From: Abditibacteriaceae bacterium
GTDB taxonomy: Bacteria > Armatimonadota > Abditibacteriia > Abditibacteriales > Abditibacteriaceae
Assembly: GCA_031372065.1 (NCBI GenBank)
Contig: JANMKN010000057.1
Coordinates: 1 to 19,494 of the forward strand
Reading direction: 5' to 3'
Length of the DNA: 19,494 nt
Shown here: one piece after another, positions 1 through 8,332 of the stretch
How the letters are laid out: each line of letters starts with the position of its first letter
Numbering within the stretch: the stretch's first letter is position 1
Notes under the pieces: model-generated
The model's input: only the letters and a program-made list of their open reading frames with translations
Database searches by the model: none
What the model was told of the DNA's origin: nothing
Program-made: the position numbers and the translations under genes

Positions 1-2
1 AC

Positions 3-188
3 GACATCATCCGTTTCAGTGACATCGAGGGCGATCTCTCCAACGCCGCCACCCTCCAGGACTTCCTGCGATTGAAAAACGCTTTGCATGGCGAGGACGA
101 AGAAGGCGAAAATGCGCCGCCGTTTTATCCGCCGTTTGGCCCGCCGCCTTCCCGTGGAAACAAAGAACACAACGGGAAATCGCCATGA
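3..188 (+). CDS. 3' end of an unidentified protein (truncated by window start)
   Basis: Frame open from base 3 (DIIRFSDIEGDLSNAATLQDFLRLKNALHGEDEEGENAPPFYPP...GKSP*). The TGA at 186-188 overlaps the next ATG at 185 (ATGA coupling). Confidence 0.7.
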   Translation, partial: DIIRFSDIEGDLSNAATLQDFLRLKNALHGEDEEGENAPPFYPPFGPPPSRGNKEHNGKSP

Positions 189-790
189 GATTTTTCCTTA
201 GTCTGTTTGTGTTGTCGGCTCCACTGACAGCGCAAAGTTACACCAGAACTTTGAAAGTTGATCTTGACCGCGACGGCAAAAGCGAAACGCTGATTCTGGA
301 TGCCAAACGCGAAAAAACGCTGGCGATCTATCAGGGCAAAACTAAAGTCTGGTCGGGCATCCCACGAGTTTTGAAGCCGTGGAAAATGATAACCGGCGAT
401 GTGGATGGCGACGGCAAATTGGATATTCTTTTCGGCGTGCATAAAAGCACGCGCTTCATGCCGTTTGACCACAATTGCTTGTTCATTTGGGGCTTCGATG
501 GCAAGCAAGCCACCAAAAAGTGGCTCGGTTCGTCGCTTTCTAAGCCGTTTTCTGATTTTTTAGCCTTCGATATTGATGGCGACGGCGAAGATGAACTGAT
601 TGCATTGGAACAAAAACAAAGCGGCAAAAAGTGCATTGTGGTTTATTCGTGGATTGGTTTTGGCTTCGCCTCCGATTGGCAAAGCGGCGATTGGAAAAAA
701 GCCAAACTGCAACGCGCCGAAAAGAATAAAATTATCGTGGAAGCCGATGGGAAAACGGTTTCTGTCGTCAGACCGAAAAATATTGAATAG
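185..790 (+). CDS. Secreted FG-GAP/VCBS-like repeat protein
   Basis: N-terminal signal peptide (MRFFLSLFVLSAPLTA) and three DxDxDG Ca-binding blade motifs (DLDRDGKSE, GDVDGDGKLDI, DIDGDGEDELI). Confidence 0.8.
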   Translation: MRFFLSLFVLSAPLTAQSYTRTLKVDLDRDGKSETLILDAKREKTLAIYQGKTKVWSGIPRVLKPWKMITGDVDGDGKLDILFGVHKSTRFMPFDHNCLFIWGFDGKQATKKWLGSSLSKPFSDFLAFDIDGDGEDELIALEQKQSGKKCIVVYSWIGFGFASDWQSGDWKKAKLQRAEKNKIIVEADGKTVSVVRPKNIE

Positions 791-831
791 TCCGCGTAGC
801 AACGCTCTGCGCATTATTCAAAAGTGAGAAT

Positions 832-2928
832 ATGCGAATGAAAATGCCGAAGTTGTTAGCTGCTGCTGTTTTGCTGGTTCCAATGGGCGCGCAGGCGCAA
901 AAGGCCAAGGTTTACAAGGCCTCGGCGGGTTTTAAAAACGTGGCGAATTATGCCGCTGTGCAAAAGAAAACCAAGCTGACCAAAGCGCAAGCGCAACTGC
1001 TGCAAAAGAATTTATTGATGGCGCGGCCCAGCAATTTGCAGCAGTTGTTTCACGTTTACGAGAACAACGATTACCTCAATGTGCCTTCGTTTGTCACCAG
1101 CGACACGGTTTTGCAGTTGTATCACATCTTTTTCGATTACACCTTGCGCACCGCCGAAAGTGAAGCGTTCTTGCCCGCTTTGCAAAAGCTGACGGTCGGA
1201 ATGCTCAAAGAAAGCATCAAGCAATACCATTCGCTGGACGATGCCAATCTCAAAGCCGCTGCGCTGAAAAATGTGGCGTATTTCACGGTTGCCAATCGCC
1301 TTTTGGGTTTGAACGACGCGTCGCCCGAAGAAGCCTTGAAAATGGCGCGCGTGGATTTGAATTTAATCGCCAAACACGATGGCTTCACGCAAGGCGCGAT
1401 TTTTCCTTACAAGTTCGATTATTCGCAGTTCATCCCGCGCGGCCATTACACGCGTTCACAAAATCTGCGGCGCTATTTTGGCGCCATGATGTGGTATGGC
1501 CTTGTGCCCTTTGCCACGCGCATGGATGGAAAATTACAAACCGAAACCTTGCAGCAAGGCTTGCTGTGGACGCGCGCCATGCAAGACGCCAAACTCGGCG
1601 CTTCATGGCAGGCGATTTATAATCCGACGGCGTTTTATGTCGGCACAGCCGATGATTTAACGCCCGAAGAATTTATCGGCGCCTCGCGCGAGTTTTATGG
1701 CGCTGCTGCGCCGTTGGCGGATTTCGCGGACGAGAAAAAACTATCGCGTTTTGCCGATGCCGTGGATGTGATTCGCGCCCCGCGCATTGCGGCACAATTT
1801 GGCGAAAAGCAAGGCATGAAAGGCTTGCCCAACATGATAAACGGGCCATTGCCCGACGAAATTCAACTGCGTTTCATGGGGCAGCGTTACATTCCCGACA
1901 GCGAAATTTTGCAGAAAATATCCGCGCCAACCCAAAGAGTTTTCCCCTCCGGTTTGGATGTAATGTCGGTTTTAGGAAACCCGCGCGCCACACAAATTTT
2001 GGATGCCTATCCGCAAATTTACAACGCGCAAAATTGGGCCGGTTACAAACCCAAGCGCGCCGAACTCACCAAAGAATTTGCGCTGATTCCGCGTGCGACG
2101 TGGCAATCGAATTTGTATTACGGCTGGCTGGATGCGCTGCGCGTTTTGCAACAAAGCGCGCCGCCCAGTTACCCTTCGTTTATGCAGGGCGCGGCGTGGA
2201 AAGACAAAACGCTTCACACCGCTTTGGCCTCGTGGACACAGTTGCGCCACGACACCATTCTTTATGGCAAGCAAGCCGTTGTCGAATGCGGTGGCGAAGG
2301 CATAGAGCCGCCCTTTGTCAAAGGCTACGTTGAGCCGAATGTGAAATTTTATGAGCGACTTTTAGCGTTGACCAAGCAATCGCGCACCGGACTCGAAAGT
2401 CGCAAGTTGCTGCCCGAAAAACTCACGCAGAAGTTTGAAGATTTCGAGGATTTGCTGGTCTTTTTAATCAAAGTTTCCAACAAGGAATTGCGCGGCGAAA
2501 AACTAACGCGCGATGAATATCTGGACATTCGCTACATCGGCGGAAAAATCGAACACATGACGGTTTCGGTCATCGGTGATAACGGCGCGACATGGGAATT
2601 ACTCAGCGAAACCGAAAAAGATATGGCTCTGGTGGCCGATGTGCATACTGGCGGCGATAAAGCTCTCGAAGAAGGCGTTGGGCGCGCTTTGGAACTTTAC
2701 GTTATCGTGCCGATTGAAGGCAAACTGTATCTCACACGCGGCGCGGCCTTTAGTTATTACGAATTTAAGCATCCCGTTTCCGACCGCCTGACCGACGAAA
2801 AATGGCAATCGCTTTTGAAGGGCGGCAAAGCGCCTGCGCCGCCGGTTTGGACAAAGAATTTCCTCGTGCCCGGCCCGGCGCGCAAAATCTCGGCAGAAGA
2901 ACTCGAAGGCTATAACAGCGGATGTTAA
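832..2928 (+). CDS. Secreted DUF3160 domain protein
   Basis: 698 aa with a signal peptide ending in AQA. Family-typical motifs: FVTSDTVLQLYH, DYSQFIPRGHYT, RFMGQRY.PD, ASWTQLRHDTILYGKQ, GYVEP, VADVHT, SYYEF..RLTDEKW. Confidence 0.9.
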   Translation: MRMKMPKLLAAAVLLVPMGAQAQKAKVYKASAGFKNVANYAAVQKKTKLTKAQAQLLQKNLLMARPSNLQQLFHVYENNDYLNVPSFVTSDTVLQLYHIFFDYTLRTAESEAFLPALQKLTVGMLKESIKQYHSLDDANLKAAALKNVAYFTVANRLLGLNDASPEEALKMARVDLNLIAKHDGFTQGAIFPYKFDYSQFIPRGHYTRSQNLRRYFGAMMWYGLVPFATRMDGKLQTETLQQGLLWTRAMQDAKLGASWQAIYNPTAFYVGTADDLTPEEFIGASREFYGAAAPLADFADEKKLSRFADAVDVIRAPRIAAQFGEKQGMKGLPNMINGPLPDEIQLRFMGQRYIPDSEILQKISAPTQRVFPSGLDVMSVLGNPRATQILDAYPQIYNAQNWAGYKPKRAELTKEFALIPRATWQSNLYYGWLDALRVLQQSAPPSYPSFMQGAAWKDKTLHTALASWTQLRHDTILYGKQAVVECGGEGIEPPFVKGYVEPNVKFYERLLALTKQSRTGLESRKLLPEKLTQKFEDFEDLLVFLIKVSNKELRGEKLTRDEYLDIRYIGGKIEHMTVSVIGDNGATWELLSETEKDMALVADVHTGGDKALEEGVGRALELYVIVPIEGKLYLTRGAAFSYYEFKHPVSDRLTDEKWQSLLKGGKAPAPPVWTKNFLVPGPARKISAEELEGYNSGC

Positions 2929-3977
2929 GAGGTTTTAGGTTATGGGTTTTGGCTATTGGGGCTTTGGCCTTGAGCGGTTCTGTTGCACCTTCCAACCCAA
3001 GGCCCAAAACCCAACACCTAAAACCCATTACCCTGACCGCTGTCGGCGATGTGCTTTTAGATCGCGGCGTGGCGAAGCAAATCCGCGCCGAGGGCACCGA
3101 TTATCCGTTGCAACACAGCGCGTCGCTACTTAAAAAAGCCGATATTACTTTCGGGAATTTGGAATGTCCGCTGGCAAAAATCGGCCGGAAGGTGCCAAAG
3201 CCGTTTTCGTTTAAAGCCGATCCGAGTTTTGCGCCATGTCTAAAGAGCGCTGGTTTTGATATTCTTTCTCTGTCCAACAATCACACGCTCGATTGCGGGC
3301 GCATCGGCTTGCAGGAAACGATGACGACGCTGCGCGGGCAAAATATTCAATGGTGCGGCGCCGGTGAAAATCGGGCGCGAGCCGAAACGGCCACGGTTAT
3401 CAAGGTGCGCGGCCTGAGAGTCGGTTTTATCGGCTTTTGCGAATTCGTGCCCGAAGGTGTGTTTCTTAATGAAGCCAAACCGAGCATCGCTTTAACCGAT
3501 GACAATCGTGTGCGTGCCGCTTTGCAAAAAGCGCGCGGGCAATGCGATGTTTTGGTGGCGAGTTTTCATTGGGGCATCGAATATTTGAATCGCCCCGGCA
3601 AGCGCCAGAAACACTTGGCGCGTTTGGCGGCAGGGGCGGGCGCCGATTTGGTTTTGGGGCATCATCCGCACGTTTTACAGGGCATCGAAGTGCTTGCCGC
3701 GCCCAATAAACGGCGCTGTGTGGTGGCTTATTCGCTGGGCAATTTTTTGTTCGACGCGCCGGAGCGCTTTGTCAAAGCGACAGGTGATTCGATGATTTTA
3801 CAAGTCGAATTCGATAAAAGCGGCGTGAGGCAATTGCAAATTGTGCCGATGAAAATCGAAAAAGCGCGCCCGCGTTTGGCAAACACAAACGAAACCAAAA
3901 GCGCCTTGCAAACGCTGAAAAAACTGTGCGCCGAATTGGGCACCAAGCTGGAAAACGGGCGCGTATCATGGCTGTGA
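2922..3977 (+). CDS. CapA/PGA_cap family metallophosphoesterase
   Basis: Motifs AVGDVLL, NLECP, LSNNHTLDCG, SFHWGIEY, GADLVLGHHPHVLQG, YSLGNFLF. Overlaps the DUF3160 stop. Hydrophobic N-terminus. Confidence 0.92.
   Translation: MLRGFRLWVLAIGALALSGSVAPSNPRPKTQHLKPITLTAVGDVLLDRGVAKQIRAEGTDYPLQHSASLLKKADITFGNLECPLAKIGRKVPKPFSFKADPSFAPCLKSAGFDILSLSNNHTLDCGRIGLQETMTTLRGQNIQWCGAGENRARAETATVIKVRGLRVGFIGFCEFVPEGVFLNEAKPSIALTDDNRVRAALQKARGQCDVLVASFHWGIEYLNRPGKRQKHLARLAAGAGADLVLGHHPHVLQGIEVLAAPNKRRCVVAYSLGNFLFDAPERFVKATGDSMILQVEFDKSGVRQLQIVPMKIEKARPRLANTNETKSALQTLKKLCAELGTKLENGRVSWL
2931..3025. repeat. Imperfect 30-bp inverted repeat built from 7-nt tandem units, inside the capA-like 5' end
   Basis: 2931-2960 GGTTTTAGGTTATGGGTTTTGGCTATTGGG versus the reverse complement of 2996-3025 GGTTTTAGGTGTTGGGTTTTGGGCCTTGGG: 25/30 identical, with 35 nt between the arms. 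Confidence 0.8.
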
Positions 3978-4276
3978 AAACGCCGTTTTGGAAATACGTT
4001 GTTGTTGTTTTAGCGTTGCTGGAGTCGGTTGTCCGTTTGGTATCCGGCGGTGCTTATACAGGCCCGGCGCACTGGATAGCATTAGCGCTTGGAGGCACGG
4101 CTTTACTTATTCATTACCGTGCGACTGGTTGTTTTGCTCCGGCGCGGCGTTTCGACAAAGTGACACCGCGTCATCTGGTAACTTTAGTGGTTTGTGTGGC
4201 GTTAGTTTGGTTTCTTGCCAGTCGCGTGTTCGATGTTTATTACACAGCGCTGGCACAATCGACAGGTGGAGATTGA
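3968..4276 (+). CDS. Small membrane protein (about 3 TM segments, 102 aa), function unknown
   Basis: ATG at 3968 overlaps the capA-like 3' end. Three hydrophobic stretches (YVVVVLALL, WIALALGGTALLI, LVTLVVCVALVWFLA). Confidence 0.65.
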   Translation: MAVKTPFWKYVVVVLALLESVVRLVSGGAYTGPAHWIALALGGTALLIHYRATGCFAPARRFDKVTPRHLVTLVVCVALVWFLASRVFDVYYTALAQSTGGD

Positions 4277-4297
4277 ATTCAAAGGATTGCTGCGAAC

Positions 4298-5545
4298 ATG
4301 GAAAATGCGACAAACGGTTCGATTCGGAACAAGCTGTTTCTGCTGATGGTTTTGGAAATCGCCATCTGGGGCGCATGGCAGGTGAAAATTTATCCTTACA
4401 TGGGCAAGGATATGCTGAACTTCACGCCCGGACAACAAGCGTGGGTGGGCAGTGTTTTTGGCATCGCGTCGCTGATCGGCATCTTTTTTAGCAATCAATT
4501 TGCAGACCGCAATTTTTCCGCCGAGCGGTTTTTAGCGTTTAGTCATTTGATCGGCGGAATTGCCTTGTTGGGCGCCTCGACGCAAACCGAATTCTGGCCG
4601 TTTTTCTCGTGCTTTTTGGTTTACGCCATTCTTTATGTGCCAACGATTTCCGTCGCCAACTCGCTGGCGTTTGCGAATTTGGCAAACCCAGCCAAAGAGT
4701 TTGGCTTTGTGCGCATGGGCGGCACTATCGGCTGGATTATGGTGAGTTGGCCTTATGTTTGGCTGCTCAAAGCCGGCACCGCGCAAGAAACGCGCGTTAT
4801 TTTTGTTGTGGCGGCGATTCTTTCGTTTGTTTTGGCGGCTTACGCTCTGACTCTGCCGCACACGCCGCCGCGCCCCGCTGTCGAAGGAGCCGATAAATTG
4901 GCGTGGCTCAAATCGGCGCGCTTATTGGCTTTGCCTTATGTTTTTCTTTTGTTTTGCGTGACTTTTATTGATGCGACGATTCATAACGGCTATTTCGTCG
5001 TGGTGGATACGTTTTTAACGCATCGTGTTGGCATTTCGCCCAACTTGAGCATGGTTGTCACGACAATCGGGCAAGTCGCTGAAATTGCGGCGATGTTGAT
5101 TTTGGGCCGCGTATTAACCAAATTGGGCTGGAAATGGACGATGGCGATTGGCATTTTGGGCCACGCTTTGCGCTTCGCCGTTTTCGCGTTTTGTGCTGAT
5201 TCGCAGGCGATCATCATTGCGATTCAGGTCTTACACGGCATCTGCTACGCATTCTTCTTTGCGACGGTTTACATTTTCGTGGACGCAGTTTTTCCATCGG
5301 ATGTGCGCACCAGCGCGCAAGGGCTTTTCAATTTTCTGATTTTGGGCGTTGGTGTTGTCGTCGCCAATCAACTTTTCCCGCGATTGCAGGCTGCCTACAC
5401 GGTAAACAACGTGGTGGACTATCAAAAATTATTTCTGGTGCCGACAGGATTGGCTTTAGTGGGCATCGTGTTATTGGCGCTCTTTTTCAAGCCGCCCATT
5501 GCCCGCCCCGAAGAAAGCGGCAGTAGCGCCGCCGCGCCGCATTGA
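4298..5545 (+). CDS. MFS nucleoside:H+ symporter family protein (NupG/YegT-like)
   Basis: About 12 TM segments. Motifs LEIAIWGAW, ADRNFSAER, FGFVRMGGTIGW, IGQVAEI, LHGICYAFFF, RTSAQGLF. AAAGGA RBS upstream. Confidence 0.88.
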   Translation: MENATNGSIRNKLFLLMVLEIAIWGAWQVKIYPYMGKDMLNFTPGQQAWVGSVFGIASLIGIFFSNQFADRNFSAERFLAFSHLIGGIALLGASTQTEFWPFFSCFLVYAILYVPTISVANSLAFANLANPAKEFGFVRMGGTIGWIMVSWPYVWLLKAGTAQETRVIFVVAAILSFVLAAYALTLPHTPPRPAVEGADKLAWLKSARLLALPYVFLLFCVTFIDATIHNGYFVVVDTFLTHRVGISPNLSMVVTTIGQVAEIAAMLILGRVLTKLGWKWTMAIGILGHALRFAVFAFCADSQAIIIAIQVLHGICYAFFFATVYIFVDAVFPSDVRTSAQGLFNFLILGVGVVVANQLFPRLQAAYTVNNVVDYQKLFLVPTGLALVGIVLLALFFKPPIARPEESGSSAAAPH

Positions 5546-5554
5546 TTTTTGCAT

Positions 5555-5609
5555 CCACAACACAAAAAGCGCGCTTCTCGTTTGAGAAACGCGCTTTTTT
5601 GTGTTGTGG
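5555..5609. terminator. Long intrinsic terminator hairpin, probably bidirectional
   Basis: CCACAACACAAAAAGCGCG-CTTCTC..GAGAAA-CGCGCTTTTTTGTGTTGTGG, starting about 10 nt after the MFS stop, with A- and T-tracts on both sides. Confidence 0.85.
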
Positions 5610-5826
5610 GAAACTCGAAATATATTGCGAAAAGAGAGCCTTACTAACAGCGTTTTTTGTTGTGGCACAGTTGAAACGTATCAGTCGGATTTGAGAGTAA
5701 CTCGCCACTTCGCGATCCGCATTTGCATATTCGATTAAAGGACGTGACATAACCCCATTTTGTAAGGCTTGTGGGTCGCCTTTGTGGATGCGAGTAGCAA
5801 ATCGTGCGATTGAGTAAAGATGAACA

Positions 5827-5980
5827 ACAAGGTTTTGAGTGTTCGGGACACGTTTTGGCCCATCAGGACAGCTTTTGAGCGTTTAAAACACGTTTTGGAG
5901 AAAAAATACACTGTTTGGAAGAAAAATGCATCGTGTTAGACGAAAAAGACACTGTCTGAGCAATCGCCACACGTTTTCGC
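5827..5980. repeat. Degenerate ~20-bp-period direct repeat array (about 8 units, core ACACGTTTTG)
   Basis: Units at 5848 ACACGTTTTGG, 5868 ACAGCTTTTGA, 5888 ACACGTTTTGG, 5908 ACACTGTTTGG, 5928 (degenerate), 5949 ACACTGTCTGA and 5969 ACACGTTTTCG, plus a weaker one at 5827. Confidence 0.7.
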
Positions 5981-5982
5981 GC

Positions 5983-7359
5983 TTAATTTTTGCGAAAAAT
6001 CGCCATTTGCGAAGGTGCGCCGATATTTTCGACTTCTGGCCCGACGGGGCACAATTCGACGCTGTAATCGAAGGTTTGCGCCACGCGCGCGGCCCAAGAT
6101 TGAAATTCTTCGCGTGTCCACTCGAAACGATGATCTTTGTGGCGCATTTGTCCGGCGGGCAAAGTCGGCCATTGCGTGTTGTATTCGCGATTGGGCGTGG
6201 TTAAAACGATGATTTTGGGCCGCGCGAATTCCCACAAAACGCGTTCGAAAGCCGCAAGGCGCGCTTCGTCCAAGTGTTCAATCACTTCGACAACGGCTGC
6301 CGCGTCATAATTTTCCAAACGCGCGTCACGATAAATCAGCGAGCCGTGCAACAATTGAATTTTGGCGCGCTGCGTTTCGGAGAGCGTTTCTAAATGCAGG
6401 CGCCGCGCGGCGATTTCCAAGGCGCGAATCGAAACATCCATGCCCGCGATGTCGCTGAAAAACGCATCGTTCAAAAGTCGTTTCAGCAAACGTCCTTCGC
6501 CGCAGCCCAAATCCAAAACGCGCCGCGCGCCATTTTCTTTTAAAACATCGCGCACGGTGTCCAAGCGCAAATCGTGCAGATTCGTTTTTTCTTCGCCTTG
6601 CGTTTCGGGTTCGTCTTCGGGCGCCGGTTCATCGCCCGCTTCGAGTAATCGGTCTAAAGCAACGCGTGTTAATTCACGCCTGCGCTGCAAGTAGCGTCCG
6701 ACAATCCATTCTTTTTCGGGGTGTGTTTTGAGCCATTCTCCGCCCGCCCGCAATAGTTTTTCGACTTCGTCCTCGCCAATCCAATAATGCTTGTCGCCAT
6801 CGAGAACCGGCAGCAAAACATAAAGTTGCGTCAGCGCTTCGCCGAGTTTCGCGGTGGTTTTGAGGCGCACTTCGTAGTAATGACTTTCGCCCCAATCGGG
6901 AAATTTTTCATCCAAGGGCAAGCGGCGCGCTGCGATTTCAAAACCCAACGGCGCGAATAAGCGCGTCAGTGTTTCCGCGCCGCCTTTGCAGGGCACGCAC
7001 GACAAGAAAAATTCCAACGGCAGCGGCGTTTCGGCGAGTTCGGGACGTTCGCGGCTGCGGCCCGAAAGCGCGGTGCGCAAAACCTGTCCCATTGCCACGC
7101 TCAGAAACGACGACGCGACATAAGGCCGGTCATTGACGTATTGTTGCAAGGCAAAACTGTCATCTCGCTTGCGCACAAGGCCCACCGGATCAATATCCAA
7201 CAGCAACGCGGCGGTGCATTTTGCTTCGTGGGCTTCAGGATAAAAAACGTGCGCTTTTCCGAAAGATAAATCGAAAGTTTGCAAACGCGCCGGATTCTTG
7301 GCGAGCAGATAGCCCAAATCCGTCGCGGGCGAATGCGTGGTCGAAATCGTGAGCAACAT
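5983..7359 (-). CDS. hen1: 3'-terminal RNA ribose 2'-O-methyltransferase Hen1
   Basis: Hen1 N-domain (MLLTISTTHSPATDLGYLLAKNP, YVNDRPYVASSFLSVA, KHYWIGEDEVEKLL). MTase domain (VLDLGCGEG, EVIEHL, TTPNREYN, RHKDHRFEWTREEF). Confidence 0.95.
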   Translation of the reverse strand: MLLTISTTHSPATDLGYLLAKNPARLQTFDLSFGKAHVFYPEAHEAKCTAALLLDIDPVGLVRKRDDSFALQQYVNDRPYVASSFLSVAMGQVLRTALSGRSRERPELAETPLPLEFFLSCVPCKGGAETLTRLFAPLGFEIAARRLPLDEKFPDWGESHYYEVRLKTTAKLGEALTQLYVLLPVLDGDKHYWIGEDEVEKLLRAGGEWLKTHPEKEWIVGRYLQRRRELTRVALDRLLEAGDEPAPEDEPETQGEEKTNLHDLRLDTVRDVLKENGARRVLDLGCGEGRLLKRLLNDAFFSDIAGMDVSIRALEIAARRLHLETLSETQRAKIQLLHGSLIYRDARLENYDAAAVVEVIEHLDEARLAAFERVLWEFARPKIIVLTTPNREYNTQWPTLPAGQMRHKDHRFEWTREEFQSWAARVAQTFDYSVELCPVGPEVENIGAPSQMAIFRKN

Positions 7360-7393
7360 AGAGAAATCGCTTTGAGTGTGCCAGACTAAGCGA

Positions 7394-7426
7394 ACTTATG
7401 GCTTCTTCCGTTTCGCGTCTGCTTTT
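7394..7426 (+). repeat. 33-bp exact direct repeat, copy 1
   Basis: ACTTATGGCTTCTTCCGTTTCGCGTCTGCTTTT, identical to 8300-8332. ACTAAG also precedes both copies. Confidence 0.95.
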
Positions 7427-7481
7427 TGTGTGTAGCGTGCGAAAATTGAACGGGCATTCGGACGAGGATTCTTATGTTTAA
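7398..7481 (+). pseudogene. Duplicated 5' stub of the SGNH hydrolase gene (27-aa mini-ORF)
   Basis: Encodes MASSVSRLLFV (same as the 8304 gene start), then diverges (CSVRKLNGHSDEDSYV*). The stop overlaps the first codons of the 7474 ORF. Confidence 0.65.
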
Positions 7482-8295
7482 TCTCTTCAGTCCTAAACCA
7501 TTGCGGCACCCCATCCCTTTAATTTGGAGCGGATGGGGAGGCATTCATTTCTCCGACGATGGAGGACACACTGAAAAGGCATTCTGGTGTGAGGGCATGA
7601 GTAGGCTTCCTGCATTCAGTTTTATCGGCGACAGTTTGGTTTATATTGCTCATCCCACAAGTGTTGTCCTTCTAAGCCAACATGGTAAGAAGGAATTGCT
7701 ACTGCCTATGGAGATTCCAGAACAGTGGGGTGTGACTTCAATTTTTCCGACCAAAGATGGCTTGTTTTTGAACTTGTGTCATGCTGGTGAGGCTTGTGCT
7801 GTTTGGAATGTTAATGCTGAAAACGGAGAGATTTCCGTTTTGAATAATGTCACAGAGATTCGCTGTGCAGAAAATTCAGATGCAGTTGCGACTCGGAACG
7901 GAGTCCGTTTCTTTGTAGGAGACGATTTAGTTCAAATACCTCCTAAGTTGGATAGAGACATTGTGAACTGGGATTATGACCCTATTGAGAATTGTTTTTG
8001 CATAGCGACGAGAGATTTTCTTTGTATTTTGAATAAACAGGGCTGGAAGCGAGTGAAATTAAGCCGTTCTCAGAATATAAATAATATCTACATGAATAGA
8101 GAACTAAAGCAAATTTTGGTCTCAGGAAATCTGCCGTTCTATGCGTATTTCGGTGGCGTTGTTAGGGCATATTCATATTCTGGGCAATTTCTTAATACAA
8201 TTCTACAGGCTTTCCCCTTCATAGGGAGACCGATTTTGCGGGCAGATGAAAACGCTTTGCTAATTCTAAACCGTTTCAACATTGTGGCAAACTAA
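7474..8295 (+). CDS. Hypothetical protein, AT-rich, probably horizontally acquired
   Basis: 273-aa ORF with a GAGGA RBS. Visibly lower GC and different codon usage (AGA, ATA, CCT) than its neighbours. No competing long ORF. No family recognised. Confidence 0.8.
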   Translation: MFNLFSPKPLRHPIPLIWSGWGGIHFSDDGGHTEKAFWCEGMSRLPAFSFIGDSLVYIAHPTSVVLLSQHGKKELLLPMEIPEQWGVTSIFPTKDGLFLNLCHAGEACAVWNVNAENGEISVLNNVTEIRCAENSDAVATRNGVRFFVGDDLVQIPPKLDRDIVNWDYDPIENCFCIATRDFLCILNKQGWKRVKLSRSQNINNIYMNRELKQILVSGNLPFYAYFGGVVRAYSYSGQFLNTILQAFPFIGRPILRADENALLILNRFNIVAN

Positions 8296-8299
8296 GGCC

Positions 8300-8332
8300 A
8301 CTTATGGCTTCTTCCGTTTCGCGTCTGCTTTT
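8300..8332 (+). repeat. 33-bp exact direct repeat, copy 2 (includes the SGNH start codon)
   Basis: Identical to 7394-7426, offset 906 bp. Confidence 0.95.

Noticed and set aside
125..508. 127-aa minus-strand ORF and the many other short overlapping ORFs in the track
   Set aside because: Antisense or out-of-frame shadows of well-supported genes.
2922..3977. Poly-gamma-glutamate capsule locus
   Set aside because: No capB/capC (pgsB/pgsC) in the window, and CapA-family genes occur widely without them.
3988..4491. 167-aa alternative-frame ORF
   Set aside because: It overlaps the MFS gene extensively and has an atypical Cys/Arg-rich composition. The 3968-4276 frame fits better.
5487..5750. 87-aa minus-strand ORF
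   Set aside because: It runs through the terminator hairpin and into the MFS gene, has no clear RBS and no recognisable motif.
5551..5791. oriC from DnaA-box-like TGTGG motifs
   Set aside because: No close match to TTATCCACA, no AT-rich unwinding element, and no dnaA/dnaN context.
5827..5980. CRISPR array
   Set aside because: The period is 20 bp with degenerate ~11-bp cores, there are no 30-bp spacers, and no cas genes are present.
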